The translations under genes were made by a program, and so were the position numbers. From Takakia lepidozioides (taxonomy: Eukaryota > Plantae > Bryophyta), in NCBI GenBank assembly GCA_030704615.1, contig CM060736.1, positions 85,012 through 149,011 on the forward strand: 64,000 nt of DNA, given 5' to 3'. How positions within the stretch are numbered: position 1 is the first letter of the stretch; the number at the start of each line of letters is the position of its first letter. The notes under the pieces are model-generated. The model had not been told where the DNA came from. It saw nothing but the letters and a program-made list of their open reading frames with translations, and searched no databases. Below, in pieces: positions 41,479 through 53,453 of the stretch.

Positions 41479-43435
41479 TCATACTTTAAAACGTCCCGTA
41501 ACTTTTAACCAATTTTGTGCTTCGATGTAATTGCTTGGAGCAAGTGATATAGCTTGTTTCCGATAATCAGCAGCTTGATCAAACCAAGCTTCAGACGTTT
41601 CAGGATCTCCTTGTTGAATGGCTCGTTCTCCTCGGTCGGGATAGGTTAACTTCGAAGAAAAGAGGTTCCTCCCCTTGGAACCGTACCTGAGAGTTTCCTA
41701 CCTCATACGGCTCGATCAAATATTTTCCAGTTTCTTTATGTACCTACCCCACGTCGATGAAAATAAATAAAATTAATATTTACTTTTTTTTTATTACGAA
41801 GTAAGTTGAAAATCTATAAATAATTAATGAAATAAGTTTCGAACTTGACTTTGAAGTAGGGGATACAAATTCTATCTTTTCTCCCACCGACAGAAGGAAT
41901 CAATCTAAAAATACTAAAATTTATATAAAGAGTTGAGTCTTTTCGAATGGTAACTATCTTACTTCTATATATCTTTCTCTAAGTACTTGATAATTATTAT
42001 CAAGTACTTCATCTCTTTGGGATCCGATACTACACCGCTGTTCAGTAGCTGATTGAGTCAACCTTATTACACAAGTTGGGTTTATATACACGAGTGGATC
42101 TCATACTCCCACTTATGTCTCTACAAGTAAACGGATTCTGTTGTATCAGCCCAAACTTTCAATAATGGATCTTTACGGTGCTTTTTGTTACAAGTTCAAA
42201 TACATTATCCATAGAGTATATAGGCTTCATTGATTCTTCCATGTTTGGACTTCGATGAAGAATTTTCTCTTTTTTCTACAGCTATTGAAGAACCATTACT
42301 GGACGGTACATATGTAGAAAGCCTCCGGTTCATCATTCGTGGTAGTTTCTAACTGACAGATTCTATAGTACAGATAGCCGCACGTAATGACAGATCACAG
42401 CCATATTGTTAAAAGCTTGTGGCGGGGATGGATTTCGCTCCGATGCCTGAAAATGATATTCCAAAGCTTTCGCATGTTCCCCATTACTCGTGTGAATAAG
42501 ACCTATGTTATATGGTATGTAACTTCGATCATAAGGGTCAATTTCTAAGCGCATAGCTTCGTAATAATTCTGTAAGGCTTCCGCATATTCTCCCTCAGAT
42601 TGAGCCGACATTCGTTACGGTCGTCCATTAATTACAAATGAGCTCCGTTTCGAAACCGTACATGGGATTCTCACCTCATACGGCTTCTCCTGCATGGTAC
42701 ATAGAAAGGGAAATAATCTATAGAACTTTTACGAAAAAAATTCTTACCCAACATGATAGACCATCAGGGGCTGGTGTCTTCACAACCAATCTCTAGCCAT
42801 CCTTCTTGCAAAGAGTATCTCCTTAAGACAAGCAGTTCGATTGCTGGAAGAAGTACAAACTTCAAAAATTTCTTTGTTCTTAACACCTTGTATTTTGTAA
42901 GGATTAGCTACTTCGACAATCTCCGGTGGTTATATGGGTACCCAAAATACAAATGAGATGGAGGTTTGTTGTCCTAACCATATATCTGTCACTAGCGATC
43001 ACAGAAGCATGATGCATATGAAATATAACGGAGTTTTTGTGTTGTCGATTTCTACACGTAGTGCTTTTCCCACTATGTATGCTTATGAAACAAGTTATAA
43101 CAAGTTTATTCATAGCTTAAACCTCTTGCTTAACACTTCAATTCCCAAGAGATTGAAGCGTCTGAGGCTACATTGACCGAGGGTACACGACAGAAGGAAT
43201 TGTTTTTCTTTCTAAACTCACCTTCACTAAGCGTAAGTTTCATGTAATTAGATATTATCATGTTTTATCCCGTATCAATTTGTTTCAGGGTTTATAAAAG
43301 TCAAATCGCACCATCTCTGTAATAAGTAAATGCTTCTTTTTCCCTTCGAGTAGTCGGGATTATTCGCAATGGAATATCTGCAACAATTGTGAAAGTTTTA
43401 TCAATAAAATTATCATTTCTTTGAGATCTAGGCAT
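41479..43435 (-). CDS. ycf3: PSI assembly factor Ycf3; exons 43312-43435, 42384-42613 and 41479-41634; two group II introns
   Basis: [15 protein letters not shown]...YYRDG|[12 protein letters not shown]...ICHY|[10 protein letters not shown]; both introns GTGCG...AC; 169 aa. Confidence 0.95.
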
Positions 43436-43667
43436 AGTTAGTTATAAATCCATTATTTTTTTACCATTCTATTTCTTCTTTCGGGAATAGAACCATTAAG
43501 AAGATGATTTTATGGAAAGAAAAAAAAAAATACCATATTTTTTTTCTACTAATTGATTCCAATTAATTATAGAATGGTTTTGAATCTTAATTTATTTTGG
43601 TACATATCAGAAATAATTGATTGATTCAAAACGAATAAAGAAGAAATTAAAGAAATGATATGGTTCC

Positions 43668-43669
<2 letters not shown>

Positions 43670-43722
<53 letters not shown>
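43670..43722. repeat. (AT)n microsatellite
   Basis: About 25 TA units; shorter ones near 1898, 8548, 15572 and 59469. Confidence 0.9.
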
Positions 43723-44173
43723 ATATATCATTTCATCTTTTTTTTCAGTAATTTTAACAAAATTTTTTGAAACTGTTGGGATTCTTGCAATAATAATAAC
43801 AGGTTTTATGTATTTCTATTTATTGAACATTCCTAACTACGATAAATGGAGGAGAAAACTGATATGTTAAGTTCTTTCATTCTAATAAAGTTCATTTATT
43901 TTTCCATTTCCGATAATCCTATTTGAATCATATCTGAATCATAAAGAAAAATGAATTTGTTAAAGCCTTTGAATATATCTCGATTATTCGAGTAAATGAG
44001 GAAGGGTAATAAAAATAAATTACTTTTTCTTTAGATTTTTAAACCTGAATATTTCTACTATTCTTTCCTCCTTTCCCATTAGAAGCATACCTAAATAGGT
44101 TCCCAATATTAACAATTACTAAAAAAGACTTGCTATTCTAGAAACTTGTGGACTAGAATCGGGAAGTACTTTG

Positions 44174-44260
44174 GGAAAGATGGCCGAGTGGTCTAAGGCG
44201 TAACATTGGAAATGCTATGTAGGCTTTTGTCTACCGAGGGTTCGAATCCCTCTCTTTCCG
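44174..44260 (+). tRNA. trnS-GGA: tRNA-Ser(GGA)
   Basis: GGAAAGATGGCCGAGTGG..., GGA anticodon. Confidence 0.95.
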
Positions 44261-44605
44261 TATCTCCATTTTTTCTCATCATATATCTAATTATATCGTT
44301 ACTATTGCTTTATCTAATTGAGAAATCCAATTCAGAAGAAACTAAAATTGGATTCGATACGAAAAAAAGGTATATAAAGAATTATAATCTGCTCTTCTTC
44401 TATATCTACCATCTCCTCTTCATCCTAATATACGGGGTACATGAAACTTCCATGAAAAATGGACCTATGAAACTTGTAGTGGGATAAAAATTAAAGATGA
44501 GGAAGAAGTTACAATGGGATTCTCGTCTGAAGTTTCGTAAAACACTTTTATTCATCTGAGAAGAACCCATAGAGAAAATTTGGTTTCAACATTATTTTCT
44601 CTATT

Positions 44606-45214
44606 TCAAGCTTGACGAGAATAGTATTCCACAACTAACAATTCATTTATTTTTAAACCAATTGATTCACGATCTATTATTTGATTAACCAATCCCCTTT
44701 TTTGTGAAGAATTAAGAGTTAAATGGTTCGGCATTTCTGATTTCTGAGAGCAATCCATATTTTTTGTTATTACAGCTTGAGATTTTTGTCGATCCTTCGT
44801 AGTAATAAAATCTTGGGGTTTACAACGAAAACTTGGTATGTTTACTGTACGATCATTTACCAATATGTGTCGATGATTCACCAATTGTCTTGCTCCAGGA
44901 ATAGTAGGAGCCATACCCAATCGAAAAATGACATTATCTAAACGCATTTCCAGCAATTGTAACGAAACTTGACCCGTTGATCCTTTAGCTCTTCTAGCAA
45001 TACGAACATATTTGAGTAATTGTCGCTCTGTTACTCCATGATGAAAACGCAATTTTTGTTTTTCCTCCAAACGAATACGATACTGAGAAATTTTTTTATT
45101 AGATGTAGATTGGTTGATATAACCAGATTTTGACTGGGGTGTTTTATTAGTTAGTCCTGGTGAAGCCCCCAGACGACGTATTACCCTCACACGAGGTCCT
45201 CGGTAACGGGACGT
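44606..45214 (-). CDS. rps4: 30S ribosomal protein S4, ACG start
   Basis: (T)[15 protein letters not shown]...LEEKQKLRF...VVEYYSRQA; 202 aa. Confidence 0.98.
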   Translation of the reverse strand, partial: TSRYRGPRVRVIRRLGASPGLTNKTPQSKSGYINQSTSNKKISQYRIRLEEKQKLRFHHGVTERQLLKYVRIARRAKGSTGQVSLQLLEMRLDNVIFRLGMAPTIPGARQLVNHRHILVNDRTVNIPSFRCKPQDFITTKDRQKSQAVITKNMDCSQKSEMPNHLTLNSSQKRGLVNQIIDRESIGLKINELLVVEYYSRQA

Positions 45215-45602
45215 AAAAACTCCTTATTTTACAAAAGAAGTAGTAAAAGAAATAATATAAACTATCCAAATCAAAATACAAGATTTTTTTTTGCATTTGG
45301 AAAAAAAAGATATATTTTTTCAGTTGACATTACTTCCAAATTTTTCATTTGAAACAACCATATATATTTTTTTTTTTTCCTTCACAAAATTCTATTTCGG
45401 TTTAAAGATATCATGACATATGAAACAAAGCAAGAAAAAATAGTATTATTTTTTTATAACAAAATTTGGGGTTTACTATTTCTACTAATTCCTGGATCCG
45501 ATAACGAATAGAAACGAATAAAAAAGCTTTTTCATTTCTTAATCTTTCGATAAACTACTATTGGTTGGAGTCGTGACGGAAAATGAGAGGGAATAAGTAA
45601 AA

Positions 45603-45675
45603 AGCCCGCTATCGGAGTCGAACCGATGACCATCGCATTACAAGTGCGGTGCTCTGACCTCTGAGCTAAGCAGGC
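45603..45675 (-). tRNA. trnT-UGU: tRNA-Thr(UGU)
   Basis: GCCTGCTTAGCTCAG..., TGT anticodon. Confidence 0.95.
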
Positions 45676-46083
45676 TCCATGAAAATGAAGAATTTTGAAA
45701 TTGAACTATGTTTTTTTATAGTGAAATAAAATATTTTTGATAACTCATATTCATATTATTATTATATCTACAACAGCTCGATAATGCAATAAAAAATGAT
45801 TGCATTTGGAAATAATTTTGATTTTGATTACTGATGAAAAAAGAAAGGGGAAATTTTCTTCAAAAAAAAGAGAGAAAAGAAAATCCATTTCTTTCATCAA
45901 CTACGTAAAATAAGAAGTATTGCATAAAACCTTAAAAGATACTATAATTATTATGGTAACCATAGAGATGATGAAACAAAAAAATATATATATCTTCTTT
46001 GTTTTTGTTATGGTCTAATGGATTAGTTGAAACGAAACTCAAGTAGGAAACGATATTACAACTTTTTCTCTCGGGGAAAAAGG

Positions 46084-46637
46084 GGGGGTATGGCGGAATT
46101 GGTAGACGCTGCGGACTCGATCGATTTGAGCCTTGGTAGAAAAACTTACTAAGTGCTAGCTTTCAGATTCAGGGAAACCTAGGTTGAAGAAAATATAGGC
46201 AATCCTGAGCCAAATCCTATTCCCACGAATGGGGTAGGTGCAGAGACTCGATGGAAGCTATCCTAACGAATAATAACCTTTTGACCCCATAGCTCATTCG
46301 TAGAAATAGATAAAAAATCTTCGAGTTATTTATCGAATAAACATACTATTCATATATTAGTAAAAAAAACCGATTTTTTTATTTGTCTCATTATTAATAA
46401 GATACTTATATCGATTGAAAGTTTCGAAAATTACTGATTACTCAACGGTATGTTAGGTCATTCATTCAAGTAAAAAAAAATGAATCATTTCATCGATATT
46501 TTTATCTATTGAATGATTAGGCGAGGATAAAGATAGAGTCCAGTTTCACATGTTGGTTCCAGCAGCAACGTAAATCGTAGCAAAAAGAAAATCCGTTGGC
46601 TTTATAGACCGTGAGGGTTCAAGTCCCTCTACCCCCA
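46084..46637 (+). tRNA. trnL-UAA: tRNA-Leu at the trnL-UAA locus with genomic anticodon CAA and a group I intron; exons 46084-46118 and 46588-46637
   Basis: Exon 1 ends GCGGACTC, exon 2 begins AAAATCCG; located between trnT and trnF. Confidence 0.94.
46119..46587 (+). other. Group I intron of trnL
   Basis: Core elements TTCAGGGAAAC, AATCCTGAGCC, GTGCAGAGACTC, GATAGAGTCC; terminal G. Confidence 0.93.
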
Positions 46638-46783
46638 TGGAGAGAAAAGAGAAAGAAGTTCTATTGAAGATTTACTGTTTCTGTTTGATGAAAAAGAAAT
46701 ATATTACTACTCAATATTCTATTTCTATATGCCACGACTGTACCGCCAACGGAATTTCGAAATCATGTTTCTATCTCTTTTCA

Positions 46784-46813
46784 TTGACACAAGTTCATAT
46801 TCTATGTTAGGAT
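46784..46813 (+). promoter_or_regulatory. trnF promoter
   Basis: TTGACA-18 nt-TAGGAT. Confidence 0.6.
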
Positions 46814-46851
46814 AATTCAAATGATATGTTGGGATAATTCAAATGGGAAGA

Positions 46852-46856
46852 GCCGG

Positions 46857-46899
<43 letters not shown>

Positions 46900-46924
46900 A
46901 CCAGTTCAAATCTGGTTCCTGGCA
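46852..46924 (+). tRNA. trnF-GAA: tRNA-Phe(GAA)
   Basis: GCCGGGATAGCTCAG..., GAA anticodon. Confidence 0.96.
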
Positions 46925-47143
46925 TACTATATACTATAAAGTGTAAAAATCGGTGGATTCTCAGAATTACCGTATATTTGTTTCCCTTCCCGAAGAACTG
47001 AGAAGGGAAAAGATAAAAAAAAAGCGCTTTTCTTTTCTCGAAATCAATGGGAATTTCTAAAAATCTTTACTAATTGGAATAACTTCGAGTCAAAAATTAC
47101 TTTTATTTCTTGCATATGTCGTATAGTGCGTAGTACTTGATTT

Positions 47144-47189
47144 AAGACACATAAATAAATTATTTCTATTGAATTTATTTATGTGTCTT
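47144..47189. terminator. Stem-loop between convergent trnF and ndhJ
   Basis: Perfect 18-bp arms AAGACACATAAATAAATT / AATTTATTTATGTGTCTT. Confidence 0.7.
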
Positions 47190-47327
47190 GTCCCTCCTAA
47201 GTAGATAGGATTTATATCCCCTGTCACTAGGAGAAACCCCTTTCCATAATTCCATTTCGGGAGGATGAATAGATATGATTAGTTTTTCAACCTCTAAATT
47301 CCATAGCAAATCCTGTTATTATTTATG

Positions 47328-47837
47328 TCAATATGCATCTTGTAGCTCATAGAAATTAGGTACAATGTAATCTTTGCGTAAAGGCCAACCGATCCAACTA
47401 GCGGGCATCAATATACGTTTAAGATGCGGATGACTTTCGTGAGAAATTCCCAACATATCATAAGATTCCCGTTCCTGAAAATCAGCACTTTTCCAGATCC
47501 AGAAAACAGATGGAATTTCAGGATTTTGCCTCGATACAAAAACTTTTATACATACCTCTTCGGGTTGATCTGCATTGTCTTGTACTTTCGTAAAGTGATA
47601 TACACTAGCTAGTAGTCCCCCTGGCGCTACGTCATAAGCACATTGGGAACGGAGATAGTTAGAGCCATAAACATATAAAGCTACCGCTACGGAAAGCCAA
47701 TCCTCAGATCTAATTTGTAAAGTTTCTACACCTTGGTAATCGAAACCCAAAGGTCTATGAGCTAATCTATGTTTCGCTAGCCAAGCAGATAATCGACCCT
47801 GCATTTCAGTAGTATTATTCGTAGAAGTATCTAACAT
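47328..47837 (-). CDS. ndhJ: NDH subunit J
   Basis: [31 protein letters not shown]. Confidence 0.97.
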   Translation of the reverse strand: MLDTSTNNTTEMQGRLSAWLAKHRLAHRPLGFDYQGVETLQIRSEDWLSVAVALYVYGSNYLRSQCAYDVAPGGLLASVYHFTKVQDNADQPEEVCIKVFVSRQNPEIPSVFWIWKSADFQERESYDMLGISHESHPHLKRILMPASWIGWPLRKDYIVPNFYELQDAY

Positions 47838-47873
47838 ATTAGATTTTTTTGAATTTCTTATTATATTTTTCGC

Positions 47874-48653
47874 TCATTTCTCCGAAAATTCCTCCTCATC
47901 ATTTCCATATTCCGGAGAGGATACTGAATCACTATATTTCTGAATTGTTTTAGAAGTTATCTCCGAAGTTGAATTAAGTTGAGATTTTGGAAACTTATGG
48001 TGTAAATGTTCACCACATCGCTCGGTACTAAGAGTAGGTATAAACTGAAATTGATGATTCAACGTCAAATACCTATTTCCTCGTCGAAGCTTAGTTCTAT
48101 CCCCATATGTCTCCTGAGCCACTTTTTTACGAAGTTTTATTATAGCATCTATAATAGCTTCTGGTTTCGGTGGACAACCAGGTAAATAAATATCTACAGG
48201 AATCAATTTATCTACTCCACGAACAGTACTATAAGAATCTGTACTAAACATACCTCCCGTGATGGTACATGCTCCCGTAGCAATAACATATTTAGGCTCA
48301 GGCATTTGTTCGTATAGTCTTACCAGAGACGGAGCCATTTTCGTGGTTACAGTGCCAGCCGTTGTTACGGGGTCAGCTTGTCTAGGACTAGATCTTGGTA
48401 CCAAACCGTAGCGATCGAAGTCGAATCGCGAACCGATTAATGAAGCAAATTCGATGAAACAACGACTAGTACCGTGGAGAAGTGGCCATAGACTGGAAAG
48501 CCTAGCCCAATTTGAGAAATCATTGAAGGTAGTTAGAATAATTGAATTTGGAGTTGTTTGATCAAGTAAAGATGACTCTATAGAATTTATAAGTGGCTTC
48601 ATAGAATTCTCGATTTTATTTTCACAATTTAAATATTTGGAAACTAAGACCAT
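47874..48653 (-). CDS. ndhK: NDH subunit K (start uncertain, overlaps the ndhC stop)
   Basis: [29 protein letters not shown]. Confidence 0.96.
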   Translation of the reverse strand: MVLVSKYLNCENKIENSMKPLINSIESSLLDQTTPNSIILTTFNDFSNWARLSSLWPLLHGTSRCFIEFASLIGSRFDFDRYGLVPRSSPRQADPVTTAGTVTTKMAPSLVRLYEQMPEPKYVIATGACTITGGMFSTDSYSTVRGVDKLIPVDIYLPGCPPKPEAIIDAIIKLRKKVAQETYGDRTKLRRGNRYLTLNHQFQFIPTLSTERCGEHLHHKFPKSQLNSTSEITSKTIQKYSDSVSSPEYGNDEEEFSEK

Positions 48654-49006
48654 TCCGATGCTCCTTTCCGCCACGCATAAACCGAACCAATGATTGAAAT
48701 AGACACGAAAATCGACGCTTCGATAAAAGCAGATATACCCAATTCATTAAAACTCATAGCCCATGGATAGAGAGAAACTGTTTCTACATCGAAAGTAACA
48801 AGAACTGAGGCAAACATGTAATAACGAATATGGAATTGGATCCAAGCATCTCCCATTGGTTCTATACCTGATTCATAACTAGTAAATTTTTCTGGTCCCT
48901 CACTAACAGGTGCTATAATTTTGGAAATAGAAAAAGCTGTTATAGGAATAAGACTAGTTATTAGCAAAAAAATCCAAAGAGAATCGTTTTTGGGAAGTAA
49001 GAACAT
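48644..49006 (-). CDS. ndhC: NDH subunit 3
   Basis: MFLLPKND...[10 protein letters not shown]...YAWRKGA; 120 aa. Confidence 0.97.
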   Translation of the reverse strand: MFLLPKNDSLWIFLLITSLIPITAFSISKIIAPVSEGPEKFTSYESGIEPMGDAWIQFHIRYYMFASVLVTFDVETVSLYPWAMSFNELGISAFIEASIFVSISIIGSVYAWRKGASEWS

Positions 49007-49614
49007 GAATATACTCCTGTGAAATAAAAAGAATGGTTCTATTTCTCGATTGAAAAGAAAAAGCAATATTTTTTTTTCTTTGCTCGTTGGAAGTTCATTA
49101 GGTAAAACAATAGAAATTGAAAAATTTTTCAATTTTTTTTATAACTGTTCCTATTTCATCTCCATTTCCTTCAAGACTCTCGAATCAATGCATTTCCCAC
49201 ATCGGTGGATCGGATGTTTTATTATCCAACAATAGAATAGCGAAACATTCCGTGCAAACTTTCCTTTCGAAAACTTCGTGAGAGGAAGAAAGAGAGGAAA
49301 AAAAATCTCTATGGAAGCTTAGTTGGGATTTTATTTTTGTCTATAATGTTCTTTCTCCTCAACCCCCCCCCCATCGAAGTATTCCACGTGGAAAAGGGAA
49401 AAAAAAGAAACATTTCATGACATATAAATTGGATTAATAAAATAATAAAATATTGTATAACAAATAAAATCTATTTGAAGAGTCTTAGTCTGACATTCCG
49501 ACTACTTCTCGAAAGGGAGAAAGGCTGTGAAGTAGGAGCTGCGAATCAAAACTAAGGTTTCTTCTAAGAACTAGAAAGTATTTCGTACTATCCATCCATT
49601 AGCTCCATAAGTAC

Positions 49615-52181
49615 TTATCGCAGTGCCAAAATTGGATCCAGTTGATTTCTCCCGAAGAAGTAGATAGTGGATTTACATAAACAGAAATTCCCGACAATAA
49701 CGAATCGACCGGATCGAAACGAATGAACGATTTTCGTAACACACCTAACAAGGCCCATCGGTTCAGCAAATGTTACGACTCCCCCCACTCGGATCGGATA
49801 CGATAGAGAACTAGTGACCGTTGTAGTTAACACGGTTTACCAATTTCATATATCTCTCACTGCCCGTCGCGGTAGGGTGACGTGAAATTTGATGGTATTT
49901 ATTTCTAGTTTAAACCTTGCGCGATATGATATAACGAATGAAATTAATATATTATTCGTTTTTTTTACAAGTGATTCGATGGAATTCATTATAGAACCTC
50001 TCCGGACTCGTTTTATACAACAAAAATACCACAGTTTTTTTTTTTTTCTGTCTCACGTCAAAAAATCCTCTATATCTATTAACCTATTATTTATGAGGAT
50101 TGCGTCAAAAATAATTAGATTCTTTCTTTCAGGGGTTTCGCTGGTTTCGAAGGCGTATAATATTCCATAAAAATAGTGAAGATTCGAGTGACTCGCCATG
50201 TTGTATCATTAATCAAAATAAAATCGGAAAAATAACAAATTGGATCTGGTAACAATTCTGGAAACTGTGCCTCAAAAAACTTTGGTTTGTGATCTGATTG
50301 AAGTATCGGATCGGGATTTTTTTTTTTTTTTATCAATTAGAAGTTTGACTTCATTGTTCCCGATAAATCTCATGAAGTAGGAGTCTTATCGCAGGAATAG
50401 CATATCTAGTAAAAGTAAAAATGTCTTTTCATATTCCTGAAAATCAAAATATCTCGGACTATTATCCGAATTTGGTTAACTAGTTTCCCGATGAAACCGG
50501 TCTCGACCTTTCTTTTTCTTCTTTTTCCCCCTTCTCTACCACTAACAAAAGAAATTCAATAATTGATTAATAACTTGGAACAAAGACTTTTAACCGAAAA
50601 AGCTTCAACAAACTTTATGCCATTATTTCGGAGCTCGTTCATTACGGTCCGTCACAGAAACTGATGAGCTATTCGTCGAGGGCGTTTACCTATAATGGAA
50701 CTCCTTCTCTTGACGAGATCCCAGTAGCCTTCTTACTTCACCCCATGAGCTTGATGAAATAAAAGGAATTCCGTGAAAAGGAACGAGTTGACACAAAAAA
50801 ATTCTTGCAATTTTTTTCAATTTGAGAATTAGATTGTTACTTCTATTCCTCCTGCGGATTAATTTCAAGGAATTCATAGTATTTTTTGTTTCATTTTTTA
50901 TCAGCGTAACAGAAGAGATATTGAATTTAACTGGGATTTACTTTATCGCAAAATATAGGATCATCGGAAAATCTAGGATAACTAAATGAAATAATGAAAT
51001 TTCCAGTAACTTTTGAATCTCTGGATCGATGTACGAGGTACTAGGAGGTTCAATTTCTGAAAAAGACAATCTTTTAGTGAACAGTATTGATACATCAACC
51101 TGTATTTAGAACAAATGTTACGAACTCTCTTTTCTCTCTTTTACGCCTAAGAAATATCTTACGAAACGTTTGTAGATTTAACATGGTAGAATATTTATTT
51201 TTACTTGCCTAGATTAATAGAATATAATTGAAATACGAGCTCGTATAGCCTTTCCAATAAGTCAAATGATTAATTATTCAGGGAAAATGAATAAAAATTT
51301 ATAGCAAATATAGATGGTTTGTACAGTCATAGTTGCTAGATGAATCGGTAATATACTTCGTCGAATGTGAAAAAATTCATTAAGTATAGTTGTTGTATTT
51401 TGTTAATTATATTTATTAGTGTTGGCAGATCTATTGATCGAATCGATTATTTCATATTTTTTTTCTCTTTCTTTCTTATTACCAATCCAGAGACAACTAG
51501 AAATCATGCGAAAAGAAGTTGCTCAGCTAGAAAGAGCTTGTGACGGGAGAAATAAAAATGTTATTTGTGTTCGGAGAGGTGAACCATTTTTTAGTATTTT
51601 CCTGGATCAACCAATATGTATGACTTCTTTGTCCCGCCAAAACTGAAAATGAACGAGTGAAATGGAGTTTCGGTTTGGAAATATGAGGATTATAAGGTTA
51701 TAAAAATCTAGGTTTATTTTGAAAGAAAGTTAGATGCGCATAAATCTACAAATTCTGCCTTTGATATTATTTCAATTTCTACGAGGTTTTTATCTCTACT
51801 AGAAAATAAAATTTTAGGAACATCTGTAAGTTTCGCAACGATTTCGAGTGGAATAATCGAATAAGTTATCTCAGCACCCGAAAAACCGAGTTTGGCAACG
51901 TTTCCGAAATTATTTCTTCGACCAATCAATTCAAATTATTTGAATCTTTCCAATTTCATTTTCGACAGTGTTCTGTCCATGCGCGTTTCTTCCGGCACTT
52001 TCTCCGAACAAGCCTCTTCGCTCCCGCAAGAGTATCGCTCAATACCAATAAACGAAGCAATGTCTGGATTTTTTTTTTCTGAACTTGCTCTTCAATTTGC
52101 AAATTATTCGTTCTTCAAGTTAAATTAACGACGAATGGGATCAGCAGCATCGGTGGGATGTTCTTCTTTTGGGGTGGGCAT
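49615..52181 (-). pseudogene. Putative decayed ORF(s) of unknown origin in the enlarged ndhC-trnV spacer
   Basis: Long stop-poor minus-strand frames: 52181-51714 (156 codons, 4 internal stops), ~51711-50686 (~340 codons, ~11 stops), 50199-49615 (195 codons, 3 internal stops); no homolog recognised. Confidence 0.45.
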
Positions 52182-52449
52182 ACCTGAGCAGCTGCTTCAC
52201 TCGTTCCTTCCCGCGGGGAGCGACGTGGCGAAGGGAAGGGGCTGTGTGGAAACTAAAAAAGAGTTCATATATTTCTTTCGACTAAATGAGAATTCCGGAA
52301 GAAAGATTGGTAGTTAGCAGTTAGCTCTACCATTGGAAATGCAAATAGGTAATAGATAGATAGTATTGAACCCCTCCCCTATAACTGGAGGAAATGTAAC
52401 AAACAAAAACAATTTCTCGATGAGAAAGAAAGATAAAGAAGTAGTAATG

Positions 52450-53084
52450 TAGGGCTATACGGATTCGAACCGTAGACATTCTCGGTAAAACAGTCCACAT
52501 TTATCGAACTTTTTTTTCGACTAGAAAGTTCGATTCGAACTGTTTCAGGAACCCAACATGCAATTTTTCCCTGCATTGGGCTCTCTCATCAACTAATGAA
52601 TTAGTTGTTTCGCCATCCTTTTCTTCCCGAAAAGATAATGAGATAGCTCCGTGTGCTCGAAAAATTTCTCAGAGCAATCCCAAAGTTTCTTCGAAAGGTC
52701 TTGAATGTTGACGTAGGTTTGCTTAATTTAGCACGGATTTACTCAAAATGAGTTTCTATCGCTTAAGAAAAATTTGAAACTTTATACACCTTAAAGTTCA
52801 TAAAGCGAAATAGATAGAATATCTCGAGGTCCCCGTATTGTCCCCATCATGCTTGGCATTGAATGAATCCAAATTTTACCATATCAACTAAAATGTAGAT
52901 CTGAGTTAGTTATCAAATTGAATTCTAATTTTTTGTCATGCTACTGTTCCCTCAGATTTATTCGTAGAGTAAGACAAAAATATTTCACATAAGATTTCTT
53001 TCGTGAATCGGGCGACCCGATAAACCTTCTTGGAAGCATTGGCGCACGTGTAAACGAGGCGCTCTACCGCTGAGCTATAGCCCT
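52450..53084 (-). tRNA. trnV-UAC: tRNA-Val(UAC) with group II intron; exons 53048-53084 and 52450-52484
   Basis: AGGGCTATAGCTCAG...TTTACAC|GTGCG. Confidence 0.95.
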
Positions 53085-53232
53085 ATCGTCATTTCCTTAT
53101 CAATTTTATAATAACATAATCCGCTACTTCTTGTCAAGGTAAATACCAGATTCAAAAATGGAATGATAAGAATTTTGTATTATTAATAAAACTACGTTGC
53201 TTATAAATCCAATAATAGCTACAATGTTAATA

Positions 53233-53275
53233 ACCTACTTAACTCAGTGGTTAGAGTATCGCTTTCATACGGCGG

Positions 53276-53305
<30 letters not shown>
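53233..53305 (+). tRNA. trnM-CAU: tRNA-Met(CAU)
   Basis: ACCTACTTAACTCAGTGG..., CAT anticodon. Confidence 0.95.
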
Positions 53306-53306
<1 letters not shown>

Positions 53307-53307
53307 T

Positions 53308-53341
53308 TTAGATGCCATTGATTCTCATCAATGGCATCTAA
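53308..53341. terminator. Stem-loop between convergent trnM and atpE
   Basis: TTAGATGCCATTGAT-TCTC-ATCAATGGCATCTAA. Confidence 0.7.
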
Positions 53342-53453
53342 TAAAATAAAAAATTCAATTGAAAATTTCCCAATCCCGATTTTAAAAAATAGATAGATCT
53401 AAGTTTCTTGAATCGAAAAATCTCTCTTTTTACTCAGGAAGAGCAGGAAGAGA

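Noticed and set aside
42934-43176. ORFs inside the ycf3 and atpF introns as possible maturases
   Set aside because: Short, with no reverse transcriptase or domain X motifs
51714-52181. U-to-C editing rescuing the stops in the spacer ORFs
   Set aside because: No conserved gene in the window needs U-to-C, and any stop codon is one C-to-T change from CAA/CAG/CGA, so the pattern is uninformative
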